The notes under the pieces are model-generated. The model did not search any database, was not told the origin of the DNA, and saw only the letters and a program-made list of their open reading frames with translations. A stretch of 63,353 nucleotides of DNA, counting the filler, from Octopus bimaculoides (taxonomy: Eukaryota), in NCBI RefSeq assembly GCF_001194135.2. It is 8 parts of 7 records of this genome, joined end to end, with 100 filler letters (N's around TTAATTAATTAA, not from the genome) between each part and the next. Parts side by side here need not be neighbours in the genome. Positions count along the whole stretch, not along the records: positions 34,137 to 42,927 come from NC_068996.1; positions 43,028 to 49,493 come from NC_068982.1; 6 more parts are not named here. The stretch is one strand, 5' to 3'. The translations under genes and the position numbers were made by a program. This document shows positions 36,295 through 47,920 of this stretch, piece by piece; the stretch's first letter is position 1, and every line of letters begins with the position of its first letter.

Positions 36295-36920
36295 TTCAAC
36301 ATATGGTTTCACATTACGAATCTTGCGACACAAATTCATAGAGTTAAAAAAAAAGTCAACGGAAACAACTCTGGGATTTTGTTTTGGTCAAAAAAAAAAA
36401 AAGATATTAAAACCTGCAAGATTTTGGCATCAACCACAGACTTCCACAGCAGTGATACTGACAAGAATGAAAAAGTTGCTTAAGTTCAATATAGATAGCA
36501 AAATTAAATAGATCAACCAAGAGCTGAAATATGATAAGAAAAAACTCTTACAATGGTAGTAAACTTCCGAAAAATATTTACTTTTTTATTCCTCCGGTAA
36601 GTGCAAACATAAAAGTCCTGACATAAGTATTTAGGACAGAGAAAGAAAATTCATAGAGGTTAACTGTACTTTAGACATGAGAGATGTCTTCCGGAATAGC
36701 TATGGACAACAGCATCGAAACCTGAAATTTCCCTACCGTGATTATAAATTTACATTTACAGCAATAACTGTTGGTGGACTTGCTTATCGTATTAAATGCT
36801 TAAGTCAGTTTGGAGAAGGTAGGATTTTTAGGCAAAGAAAGATGCCGTCAACACGAATTTTACACACATAATCTGTAAGTGGAACAGTAAAGTTTGGATG
36901 ACTTTCTTATCTATCCAACG
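36295..36920 (+). mobile_element. Decayed R4/Dong-type (RLE) non-LTR retrotransposon 3' fragment
   Basis: Broken CCHC region, then KHKSPDISI*DRERKFIEVNCTLD...FPYRDYKFTFTAITVGGL...SGTVKVWMTFL; same subfamily as 45840-47035. Confidence 0.7.
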
Positions 36921-37039
36921 ATAATTTGTTAGAGACCATTTCCCTTCTGGAGGGAAGAATACTAAAAAATAGATATACATACGGACGCATCCATACAAGT
37001 ATGTATATACGTATATGTGTATGTATATATATGTGTGTA

Positions 37040-37207
37040 TGTAAGTAAAATTCCCCGCCTGGACGGGACGCAGGGTTACTCATTTTTGCAGGCTGGGGAG
37101 ACTGGAATAACGTGAAATAAAGTGGTTTGTTCAAGAACACAACACGACGCCCGGTCTAAGAATCAAAATCACAATCTTACGATCTAACACCCTAACCACG
37201 CGCCTCT
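37040..37207 (-). mobile_element. SINE-C type element
   Basis: Forward GTGAAATAAAGTGGTTTGTTCAAGAACACAACACGACGCCCGG...CCCTAACCACGCGCCTC is the reverse complement of a tRNA head plus CORE-like domain. Confidence 0.7.
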
Positions 37208-38006
37208 GCATGTGTGTACGTACGTACGTATGTATGTATGTATGTATGTATGTATGTATGTATGTATGTATGTATGTATGTATGTATGTATGTATGCATG
37301 CATGTATGCACGTATGTAGCACGAACGTCTGTATGTATGTATTATCTGTCTACATATATATACTTATACACATACATATGTATATGTATATGTGTTTATG
37401 AGTGCATGTATGTGTATATATATATTTGTGTGTGTGTGTGTGTGTATCATCATCAACATTTGTGTGTGTNNNNNNNNNNNNNNNNNNNNNNNNNNNNNNN
37501 NNNNNNNNNNNNNNNNNNNNNNNNNNNNNNNNNNNNNNNNNNNNNNNNNNNNNNNNNNNNNNNNNNNNNNNNNNNNNNNNNNNNNNNNNNNNNNNNNNNN
37601 NNNNNNNNNNNNNNNNNNNNNNNNNNNNNNNNNNNNNNNNNNNNNNNNNNNNNNNNNNNNNNNNNNNNNNNNNNNNNNNNNNNNNNNNNNNNNNNNNNNN
37701 NNNNNNNNNNNNNNNNNNNNNNNNNNNNNNNNNNNNNNNNNNNNNNNNNNNNNNNNNNNNNNNNNNNNNNNNNNNNNNNNNNNNNNNNNNNNNNNNNNNN
37801 NNNNNNNNNNNNNNNNNNNNNNNNNNNNNNNNNNNNNNNNNNNNNNNNNNNNNNNNNNNNNNNNNNNNNNNNNNNNNNNNNNNNNNNNNNNNNNNNNNNN
37901 NNNNNNNNNNNNNNNNNNNNNNNNNNNNNNNNNNNNNNNNNNNNNNNNNNNNNNNNNNNNNNNNNNNNNNNNNNNNNNNNNNNNNNNNNNNNNNNNNNNN
38001 NNNNNN

Positions 38007-38043
<37 letters not shown>

Positions 38044-38274
38044 CATATGTACACAAACAGATATGCATACATACATACATATGTACGCTCATACATAAGT
38101 ATATTAACCGCATGAAGTAATTTAAGGTTTTTGGGTTCGTGCTGAACCGAGAGCAGAGTGAAATGGCGTGGGATAATAGAGGTAACAATGGCTGAGATAG
38201 GTCTACATTCCTCTCACCCATTTGAAGTGAGACTATGGTGATGGTCTGTTAGTGTCAGTTCGAGGACGATGACG

Positions 38275-38612
38275 ACGATGATGATGATGATGATGCTGAT
38301 ATGGTGGTGGTGGTGGTGGTAGTGGTGAAAGATGTGTATGATGATGGGTGAGTGTGATGATGATGATGTGGTAGTGGTGGTGATGATGTGTATGATGATG
38401 ATGATGAGTATGATGGTAATGATGATGTAGTGCTAGTGGAGGTCGTGATGATGATGTGTATGGTAGTGATGATGATGATGATGTGGTAGTGGTGGAGGTG
38501 GTGGTGGCGGTGGCAGTGATGATGTGTATGATGATGATGATGGTAGTGATGGTGATGGTAGTGATGATGTTGTTGATGATGATGATAATGGTGGTGGTGA
38601 TGATGATGATGG
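38275..38612. repeat. (GAT)n/(GGT)n trinucleotide low-complexity tract
   Basis: Seen directly; source of the poly-H/D/M ORFs. Confidence 0.9.
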
Positions 38613-39394
38613 NNNNNNNNNNNNNNNNNNNNNNNNNNNNNNNNNNNNNNNNNNNNNNNNNNNNNNNNNNNNNNNNNNNNNNNNNNNNNNNNNNNNNNNN
38701 NNNNNNNNNNNNNNNNNNNNNNNNNNNNNNNNNNNNNNNNNNNNNNNNNNNNNNNNNNNNNNNNNNNNNNNNCTCTCCTCCTCCACCTCTCCTCCTCCAC
38801 CTCTCCTCCTCCTCCTCCTCCTCCTATTTACAACTTTAACCTCCCTTTTAACGCCCCCGCCACCTTTGAAAATCTACTACTACTACTACTACTCGGACAG
38901 TTGATATTTCCAGCTCATTTTCCTTCTATCTTTCTTTTCTTTTTTTCCTTTCCCTTATTTATTTATTAATTTATTTTTGCCTTTTGGTTCAAGAGTTCAA
39001 ATTGGTGACCTTGCTACTTCATCTCGTAGTTCCGTTGTCATGGTGACCGCATGTTTTTAAGCTAATCTGCTACCGAAAAGGAAAGGACTTAATGTCCCCA
39101 TCTGACCACTCCGCTATGCAACGACGCACCAACCACACGCACACACATATATATACACACATACACATACAAACTAACACACATGTCAAAAACCCACACA
39201 CATTCTATTTATGACACATGCATACTCACACACACACATTCGCACACATAAACACACACACACACACACAGACACGCACACGTACACGCACATACAGACA
39301 CGCATACACACACTGAGACACGCGCGTACGCATGACCAACATACATACATAAAATACATACACAACACACACACACACACGCGCACACACACAA

Positions 39395-39426
<32 letters not shown>

Positions 39427-39554
39427 CATATCTTATACTTTTAATTTCTCGACATGCTAGATATAACAGTCATATTAGTCTTGAAATTACATTCTGTACA
39501 TTGCTGTCTTTAAAATAAGGATTACTTAATGTGTCCCTAAATACACTGTAACTT

Positions 39555-39975
39555 CTTTTACCTGCTTCAGTCTTTGGACTGCGGCCATGCTGGTGCAACA
39601 CCTCGAGGGGTTTATTCGGACAAATCGACTCCTGTGCTTATTATATATGTATTTTTTAAATATGGTACTTATGTTTATCGGTTTCTGGTTTTGTCAAACA
39701 ACTAAGCTATTGGGACGTAAATAAACCAACACCAGTTGTCAAGCGGTAATAGGAAAATACACCCAGACACACGCATATATAAAACCGACAGGCTTCTTTC
39801 AGTTTCTATTTTTGTAGAACCGCTAAGCTATTGAGACGTAAATAAACCAGCAACGGTTGTCAAGCGGTAATTGGAAAACACCCCCCCCCCACACACACAC
39901 ACAAACACACACACATAAAACCGACGGGCTTCTTTCAGTTTTCGTCTGCCAAATCCTCTCCCTACTCACAAGGCG
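39555..39975 (-). mobile_element. SINE-B with an internal ~120-bp tandem duplication, head truncated
   Basis: CTAAGCTATTG(G/A)GACGTAAATAAACCA...GTTGTCAAGCGGTAAT...AAAACCGAC(A/G)GGCTTCTTTCAGTTT occurs twice (about 39700-39805 and 39822-39942). Confidence 0.8.
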
Positions 39976-40752
39976 TGATAATGTGGAGCGGGACAGAGCA
40001 CGCAACTATGTAGTTCAGAAACAAACTTCCTCAAAAAAAAAAAAAAAAAAAATGATGGGTGGTCATTTTTAGAACTCTATCAAATATAGATCTGACCAGA
40101 GTTGACTTGGAGGTATATAACTATAACTGAAGCCAAGATGGACACATTATATAACTCATTCCTAAGTATACTCTGCATAAGTGGTGGGACGCTTATAGCT
40201 GGAACGTTTTTGATCAGAATTGATTTGTGAATGAAAAACGCCAACATTTATTTTGTGAACCGCAATATTCAAATAAATAAATAAATAAATAAATAAATAA
40301 AGATAAAAAAAATAAAAAATTCAATTTACAAGTGATAGATGTGTTAAGGGAGATGGGCTGCCTTTAATTATTTCCCTTTAGTTATGGCTGTTTATCGATC
40401 TTCTCTCAAGTATTGTCGTTATTTATATATTTTAGTTTGTATCGCTATCGATAAACTACTCTGCCGTTGGTTGTGCCAGATTTTCTGGGTGGTTACCTGT
40501 CCTCAGCGTGTATTAATCACCAGATAGTGATGAAAACTCACCCCACTCGCAAAGGCTAGGAATGGAAGCGATGACCACCCTTAGCAAATACTAATCGGAC
40601 ACAGAATGTGTGTCGTTAGTCAACTGGAATAGATGTCTTCCTGAGGTTATAAACGTCAGCAGCACTGTCCCGTATAGGACGCCACACTTGGTTGGCAACT
40701 ATGTGTTACGATTCCGTACTGCTACTGTTTACATCTCGCTCAGAGATTTAAT

Positions 40753-40783
<31 letters not shown>

Positions 40784-40892
40784 GGAATAATATAATCGGC
40801 AACATTCGTCTACTTCTTGAAAATGTGGTCATAACCCCGAAATGTTGAATACAAAGTATGTCTTCATTAATTCACATATATATATAAGGAGG

Positions 40893-40938
<46 letters not shown>

Positions 40939-40950
40939 GAGAGTAAGAGA

Positions 40951-40982
<32 letters not shown>

Positions 40983-41177
40983 CACAGACAGAGGATGGAT
41001 ATAGGGGCTATAAGCAACTGTGCATCATAAAAGACAATTTAGTTGGGAGAATACTAGTTTTTCATGTTTCCTAAATTCGTTGCCTATATAATCGGCAAAA
41101 TTACACATACACAGATGCACACACACACACACACACACACATGCAAATTCGCATACGCATTGATTATAACAAAAAAT

Positions 41178-41355
41178 AATTTTCATGAGAGATTACGAAT
41201 CATTTCGTGATATTATGTCATGCTACTACATAATTCCCATATTAGGTATGAACTCAAAGCCCCAAGTGGCGTAGAAGGTTTAATTCACATGTCAAGAATG
41301 AATTATGTAAATATGACACAACATCACGAAATGATTCGCAGTGCTGTCATAAATT
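41178..41355. repeat. ~180-bp MITE-like inverted repeat (~55-bp arms, ~60-bp spacer)
   Basis: CGAATCATTTCGTGATATTATGTCATGCTACTACATAATTC (41196-41237) pairs with GAATTATGTAAATATGACACAACATCACGAAATGATTCG (41300-41338), with weaker outward extension. Confidence 0.8.
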
Positions 41356-41365
41356 CTACAATTCT

Positions 41366-42330
41366 ACAATAGCCTCGGGACGACCAAAGTCTTGTGAGTG
41401 GATTTGGTAGACGAAAACTGAAAGAAGCCTGTCGTATATAGTCTTTTACTTGTTTCAGTCATTTAACTGCGACCATGCTGGAGCACCGCCTTTAGTTGAA
41501 CAAATCGGCCCCAGGACTTATTCTTTGTAAGCCTAGTACTTATTCCATTGGTCTCTTGTGCCGAACCGCTAGCTTACGGAGATGTAAACACACCACCATC
41601 GGTTGTCAAGCGATGGTGGGGGAACAAACGCACACACACATGTATATNNNNNNNNNNNNNNNNNNNNNNNNNNNNNNNNNNNNNNNNNNNNNNNNNNNNN
41701 NNNNNNNNNNNNNNNNNNNNNNNNNNNNNNNNNNNNNNNNNNNNNNNNNNNNNNNNNNNNNNNNNNNNNNNNNNNNNNNNNNNNNNNNNNNNNNNNNNNN
41801 NNNNNNNNNNNNNNNNNNNNNNNNNNNNNNNNNNNNNNNNNNNNNNNNNNNNNNNNNNNNNNNNNNNNNNNNNNNNNNNNNNNNNNNNNNNNNNNNNNNN
41901 NNNNNNNNNNNNATATATACGACGGGCTTCTTTCAGTTTCCGTCTACCAAATCCACTCACAAGGCTTTGGTCGGCCCAAGGCTATAGTAGAAGACACTTG
42001 CCCAAGGTGCCATGCAGTGGGACTGAACCCAGAACCATGTAGTTGGTAAGCAAGCTACTTACCACAAAGCCATTCCTGCACTTGTGTATGTGTGTGTGTG
42101 TGTTTGTGTCTGTGTTTGTGCACCCATCACCGCTTGACAACCGGTGTTGGTGTGATTACGTCCCCGTAACGTAGCAGTTCGGCAAAATAGAATAAGTACT
42201 AGGTTTAAAAAAAAAGAAGAGAAAAGGTAAGTCCTGGGTTACATTTGTTCCACTAAAAACCCTTCAAGGTGGTGCTCCGGCATGGCCGCAGTTAAATGTC
42301 TGAGACAAGTGAAAGAAAGGAATAAAAGAA
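41366..42330 (+). mobile_element. Outer SINE-B (41366-41440 plus 42081-42330), interrupted at its microsatellite
   Basis: The 5'-half piece ends GAAAGAAGCCTGTCGTATATA; the 3' half resumes as (TG)nTTTGTGTCTGTGTTTG...GGTGCTCCGGCATGGCCGCAG. Confidence 0.85.
41441..42080 (-). mobile_element. Inner full-length SINE-B nested in opposite orientation
   Basis: Complete tail-to-head match to 20052-20468, with an N gap in its central microsatellite. Confidence 0.9.
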
Positions 42331-42512
42331 TATATCTATTGTGGTGATGATTGTGGTCTGGTGTGTCAATGGTGGTGCGAGTCGTTTGTGATAAGGTGTG
42401 TTGCTGTTTGGCCCCAGGTCAACCTTGGCCAAGCAACTCTATGAATAATAGTACTCCAGACATGACTATACCGTCTTATTATTTTTTCCAGACATAGCTG
42501 ACATTGAAGCAT

Positions 42513-42606
42513 GGGGCAGCCCTGTGGGTCGCGGGATCCTTGTTGGAACCGTCCAACCTATGCAGCATGGAAAACGGACGTTCATTGACGACGACGACGA
42601 CGATGA
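42513..42606 (+). mobile_element. 3' tail of an RTE-related LINE or SINE
   Basis: GGAACCGTCCAACCTATGCAGCATGGAAAACGGACGTT followed by (GAC/GAT)n; CGTCC/GGACG stem. Family assignment is from recall only. Confidence 0.45.
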
Positions 42607-43570
42607 TGGTGATAAAACGTGTGTAGGATTACTTTATCCATTGTGGTCCTAAGTTGCGGGTGACTATTTGAGGATGAAATCTGTCTCTTATATCTAGCAG
42701 GTCAATCGATTATGCAGCAGCTCTGTCTGTCTGTCTTTCTCTCCCTCTCTCTCTCACCCTCTCTTCCTCACATGTAGTGTTTAATATAATGAGCTCGTGG
42801 TGGTGGTGGTGGTGGTGGTGGTGGTGGTGGTAGTGATGGTAGTTGTGATGGTGGTCGTGATGGTGTGGTGAGTGGTGGTGGTGGTGGTGGTGATGATGGA
42901 GGCGTTGGTGACGATAATGATGGCGGCNNNNNNNNNNNNNNNNNNNNNNNNNNNNNNNNNNNNNNNNNNNNTTAATTAATTAANNNNNNNNNNNNNNNNN
43001 NNNNNNNNNNNNNNNNNNNNNNNNNNNTTTAACTGATGGGGGTGGAAGTGGTGTATGTAGTTTGGTATTGGTTAATAATGTTTTCAAAGATTTGTGTTGC
43101 CTTTTGCATTTAAGGACTTTGTGTGTATTAATGATATTGTTCATTTTCGGGTCTGTGGTGAGTAAGGGAGGTTTTGTTTGATTGTGGTGTATGCTTCGAT
43201 GTTTTGGGGGTTATGGGTGGAGATGTATGGAAGTATTTTGGGGTTGGGTGTGTTATTATGTTGGTTGGTGATATCATACGAATTCTTCTTTCTCTTCATG
43301 TTGACAAATAACATGGCGTCGAATTAAGAAAAGACAGGTACGGTACAAAAACAAACAAGCAGTAAACTCACTTTTTTAAAAATCAATTATTCATTTCATA
43401 CTATAACAGAAGTAAAGAAATATATAAAGAAATAACTAAAGATTGCCTTCCGTGTACTTCTCGGCTTTTGAATGAGCAATTCGGTTTTTTGGGTTATTCC
43501 AAGTGTCGGAACTTCAGACGTAGCTTGTACCTAGATAAATACCTGAAGATCTTTTTATAGGATTCACTAA

Positions 43571-43644
43571 TAAGTCGCACTCCTAACTTTAGGTGAAAAT
43601 TTCAAGGAAAAAAAGTGCGACTTATAGCCGAGTATATACGGTAC
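43571..43644. mobile_element. Terminal fragment of a Tc1/mariner-pogo-type MITE
   Basis: ATAAGTCGCAC...GTGCGACTTATAGCCGAGTATATACGGTA: internal inverted motif plus a ...TATACGG-TA terminus typical of TA-TSD pogo-like ends. Confidence 0.55.
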
Positions 43645-43791
43645 TTCACGGTCTAAATCGGTTTCAGATATGTCACAGTATATCTACCTTTGAAATTAGC
43701 AAGAAAAAAAAAAAAAAGAATCCGACATAGTCTACATAATCAAGAGCATTACTTTTGATACCTATTATGTAATGACTAGCGGTATATTCCC

Positions 43792-44592
43792 CATGGCTGG
43801 TCCTAGGGTTGCTGGCGCCCCGAACAAGCTGAACGTCGGCGTGTACAAACTGATGGTCGTGAAAATTTCCTTGTCTTTGTTACACCCTCCTTGGCGCTCC
43901 CTAGCCAGCACATGGCGCCCCGGGTGCGAAATTTTTTTCCCACGAGAGCTCCGGAACCCAGTTACGAACGCATTTGCATACAGCCAATCAGAGCTCAACT
44001 ATCAAACTAATGTCCACCTAGTCACAAAAATACTCTGGTTGAATTCAGTGGAAAATGTGCGTTATAGCAAAATCTAACTGTCCTAAACGGGTTAATAGTG
44101 GTTATTAATATGAAATTTAGTGTATAAGGTGAATGGAGAGCTGTTCCCCGATGATGCTATAAGTGTTGTCAATTTGCGTACTTTACTAGAAAATGTAAAT
44201 GAATGTAGTTTCCTAATTTTTTGACTGATTTTGTATATTCCTAATTTAAAATGTTGGTGTTGATCTGGAAACATCGTAATCAATATGGCGTTGTGTCGTA
44301 TTGCGCCCTCCTTGTATGTATCAATGAGTACATGCAGTATCACTAACCTCAGTCTGAGCATAGGTACCATATAGAGATGATGCTCAATTGATCTCTGAGG
44401 ATGGTGGAGGGTAGGATGTGGTACTTATGCCTGACTGGCTGCGCTGTAGTAGTACATAGTATGTGGATTTTCAAGGTGAGTTCTGATTGGCTATATGCAA
44501 ATGAGTTCATTACTGGGATCCGGAACTCTCGTGAGAAAAAATTTCGCTCCTCAGGAGACTGCCCGAGTTGCCGGTATCTTGAGTCGGCCTTG
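43792..44592. mobile_element. Old hAT-like non-autonomous element with long subterminal inverted arms
   Basis: Degenerate termini CATGGCTGGTCCTAG and (reverse complement) CAAGGCCGACTCAAG; clear ~80-95-bp inverted arms at 43922-44018 and 44461-44550; target-site duplication only partly matching. Confidence 0.5.
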
Positions 44593-45204
44593 GTTTACAC
44601 ACACACATTCAAAGCGTTAATTACAGTCGCGTAAATTGAGCCATATTACAATATATATTGATAAGAAACGAACCTGTAAAGTATTCACTTTTTACTTAGA
44701 TCTTTATACACTTTTCACTTCGATCTTTTGTTTTCGTTTCTTTATTCTTTGTCATTAGTCTACAAACAGGAGAAAGTAAAGGACAGGATCGTCACATCAA
44801 ACGGCTCTGTGGAGATCGGTAACGTACATGCAATGATCCGGTTGCTTAACTAAGCAATTTGTACACTTCAAATGGCTTGTATCGGCCTTGGTTTATGAAC
44901 TACAAGTAAAAATCTGCAAGTTTTGTGTACAAAGGAATTGGCGATAAATTAATGCTTTTCATCCTCCCCTATTTCTTTTCTGTATTGTTTCAGTATTCAA
45001 CGCTTATATTTTTGCACCAAATACATTTTTGCTCAAATTACATATATAAATGTGTATGTGTGTGTGTATGTATGTATGTATGTATGTATGTATGTATATG
45101 TATGTATATATATGTACGTACGAACGAACGAACGTGTGTATGTATGTGCGTACGTATGTACGTATGTATGTATGTATGTATGTATGTATATATGTATGTA
45201 TGTA

Positions 45205-45560
45205 TGTCAGGTCGTTCTTGGGCGCTACTGGTAACATGTCACCCAGTATAACCTGCTGCATGGTCGGGTCGTCAGCGACTAAACTGGCAACTCCATCAAG
45301 CTTGCTTGGAGAGGAGGGTGATTGTTGGACTCCTTGCAGGACGAAAAGTAAGACGTGTCAAAGAGCGGAAGAGCTCGTGAGCAGTCAACGGGCATCCAAC
45401 AATTGGTGTGCATGTGTATGTATGCACGGGGATGTGGAAATTCCTGGGTTGGCGTCCAGGTCCGCGGTTAGCTCACTGGGAGTGGGAGGCCCTTCTGTTG
45501 TTGTCACAACATCTCTCTAAGAGAGGGAAACTCCGAGAAAAAAAACCTGCGACACTCACA
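45205..45560 (+). mobile_element. Possible 5' UTR fragment of an RTE-type LINE
   Basis: GC-richer island with CAGCGACTAAACTGGCAAC...GAGAGGGAAACTCCGAGAAAAAAAACCTGCG, reminiscent of RTE 5' UTRs; no recognisable ORF. Confidence 0.3.
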
Positions 45561-45839
45561 ATATTCGATGATGAAGACTAGTTCTTCTTTTCGAGTTTAT
45601 GTTGTCCATGTTCTGAGAGTGGGATTGGATTTATGTCAATCCTTTCTCCACTATAAAAAAAAAATCATCATGCACAGGCATCGCTCGAAAAGAAAAGTAA
45701 GACCTACCACAAAAATGGCTGGTCGTAGCCTTTGCATGTGTGGGACTTTCGATCAGGCGATGACAATACTCGAATACGGGTTTGCAGTCATCATGTATGT
45801 ATGTATGTATGTATGTATGTATGTATGTATGTATGTATT

Positions 45840-47035
45840 CAGTCTTATTTCAAGATTTCTTACTAATAGAGAAAGAGCCGGTTTCTAGCCTAGATCAAAG
45901 GCTCCTTCATTGGAATTTCAAAATCAACCACAAGATATTTTTGTTTGTTTGAATGTATGTATATGTATATATGCAGATTTGTATGTTTTGCTTTATGTAT
46001 GTATTCTCATGCATATAGTTGCATATCTAGACATACTCATATATATTTAAATGATAACTTCTGGAAAGTTTTACAGATTTTTACAGTTCCAGTGATGGAT
46101 TGGATCTGTTTTCGAATTAGCTTTCTCCTTTCTAGTTTTGAGAAGCTTAATTTCTCAAGATTGGTATTTATCCCAGGACCCCAATAATTACAGGTGTAAA
46201 CCTGAACTTGTAATCTGGATAGAGTAACTGAAGATTTCCCAATAGTTCAGCGTAGCTATTCTGTTTTTCACTGATATTCAGCTTTATGTTGTCCGCTGGG
46301 CAGCTAATTTCCACAACTGTACACAGTTTCTCTTCTCAATCCCAAATCATTATATCATTATATAATGATTATATATAAATCATTATATGTGCTTACATTT
46401 TACTGAGGTCTTCACTGGAACATTCCTCCAGTACCTTTTTTATTATTATTATGAGTGCTATGGCTTCTACCGTACTGTGTGGGTTCTTATTTCTTTGTCC
46501 TCGGGGTTATCTTTCCGATGGATTTCATTAGAGAGTGTCCCAGCTACAACATCATGTCTCATCGGTAGATAACACCGAAATGACATTTTCGGACAACTGC
46601 TTATGATGTGGAAGATATCTTTGGTGTTAACGCCACAAAGTCTGCATCGGTTTTCACATTTTACTGCATTTCCTGCATCTCTATCCCTTTTGTGCCTCAG
46701 GTACTTGGTTGATATTTCCTGTTCCTGGATTGCAAACGCATAACCTTCAAAGTGTGAGGTAGTAATCCAGCTATTGGTCCATGATAGATTGCTTTGATGA
46801 TCGATGTTACTATCATCTCGGAACTTTCTACTAACATGTCAATGCATAGTCTTCTGCTCATATATGCTTATCTTTTCATCTGATGATACCTTGCGATAGA
46901 GTCGTGTGACTTCTTTGGGCATGTATTCTAGTTTATCAGACAAAGAATGTTGCTCAAGGAGCTGCTTTCCAAGTCTTATGATGTTATCAGCCTCATGTAC
47001 GCAAACTTGCTCAAGGAATGGACTTCAACACTTGG
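45840..47035 (-). mobile_element. R4/Dong-type (RLE) non-LTR retrotransposon, ~1.2-kb 3' fragment
   Basis: Minus-strand translation: FEGYAFAIQEQEISTKYL...CRLCGVNTKDIFHIISSCPKM...RHDVVA (CCHC at 46593-46646)...DIMIWD*EEKLCTVVEISCPAD...EKQNSYAELL...YPDYKFRFTPVIIGVLG...SITGTVKICKTF; 3' UTR runs into (ATAC)n. Confidence 0.9.
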
Positions 47036-47116
47036 TGGTTAAACGATGTTATGTATGTATGTACCCACCTACCTAGCTATATATATATATATTTATATAA
47101 GTACACACACACACAC

Positions 47117-47171
<55 letters not shown>

Positions 47172-47734
47172 ACTTGGTGATAAATATTAATATCCAGTAC
47201 CGCTGCCGTAGTCTCCTTCAGAGAGACTTAGAAATATTAATATTTCTATTTTTGAAAACCAGTGGATGTATTCCACTGAATTTAGGTAAATAATCCTTCG
47301 TACAGACGGTCAGTAGCGACACCTGCTGTTTTCAGCTGCTCTACATTGATAAGGGGCAATACCACGAAACTAGTCTGTAGATGCCAGACCAGCAAAGGGA
47401 AGCGGCTGACCTCCCCTGTTCGAAGGTTATAATGGGCACAGGTTCGTGTGTTATATAGCTAGCTAGAGGCGATGGCCTCTTGGAGCTAATCAACGGCAGC
47501 ATTCGTCCTATTTTTTTACTATCGCAAACAGCAGTAGCTTTCTTCAACTGAATTCACGTCGTTGAATGGTTAAAATTACCCAAATACAACAACTTTAACA
47601 CGAAATAACTTCTAAAATACCAAATTTTGTCAAAAATGTTCAAAGTAAACCGTGTCCTGCCTGAGACATTCCACTAGTATACGATGTGTCAAACTGCTTA
47701 GTTAAAAAAATTAATTGAAAAAGCCAAACTGAAC

Positions 47735-47850
47735 AGATCCTTGCATTGGTCTCTTTTGCCGAACCGTTAAGGTAGGGGTACATAGACCAACCAAAGCCGG
47801 TTGTCAGGCAGAGATGGGTGACAAACACAGACTCAAACACACACACACAT
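47735..47850 (-). mobile_element. SINE-B internal fragment
   Basis: GGTCTCTTTTGCCGAACCGTTAAG...GGTTGTCAGGC...GACAAACACAGAC. Confidence 0.75.
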
Positions 47851-47860
47851 ATACATATAT

Positions 47861-47901
<41 letters not shown>

Positions 47902-47920
47902 TTATTTATTTATTTATTTA

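Noticed and set aside
36829-36872. Apparent AG...GTAAGT micro-exon (AKKDAVNTNFTHII)
   Set aside because: Falls inside the R4-type RLE remnant, whose own frame (SGTVK...TFL) explains the sequence.
43456-43470. CTTCTCGGCTTTTG, similar to the 5' end of U2 snRNA
   Set aside because: Similarity stops after about 14 nt; no branch-point recognition sequence or Sm site follows.
44770-44818. Possible 49-nt exon (acceptor ...CTACAAACAG, donor GTAACG)
   Set aside because: Plausible splice sites, but no recognisable peptide or partner exon; common by chance at this scale.
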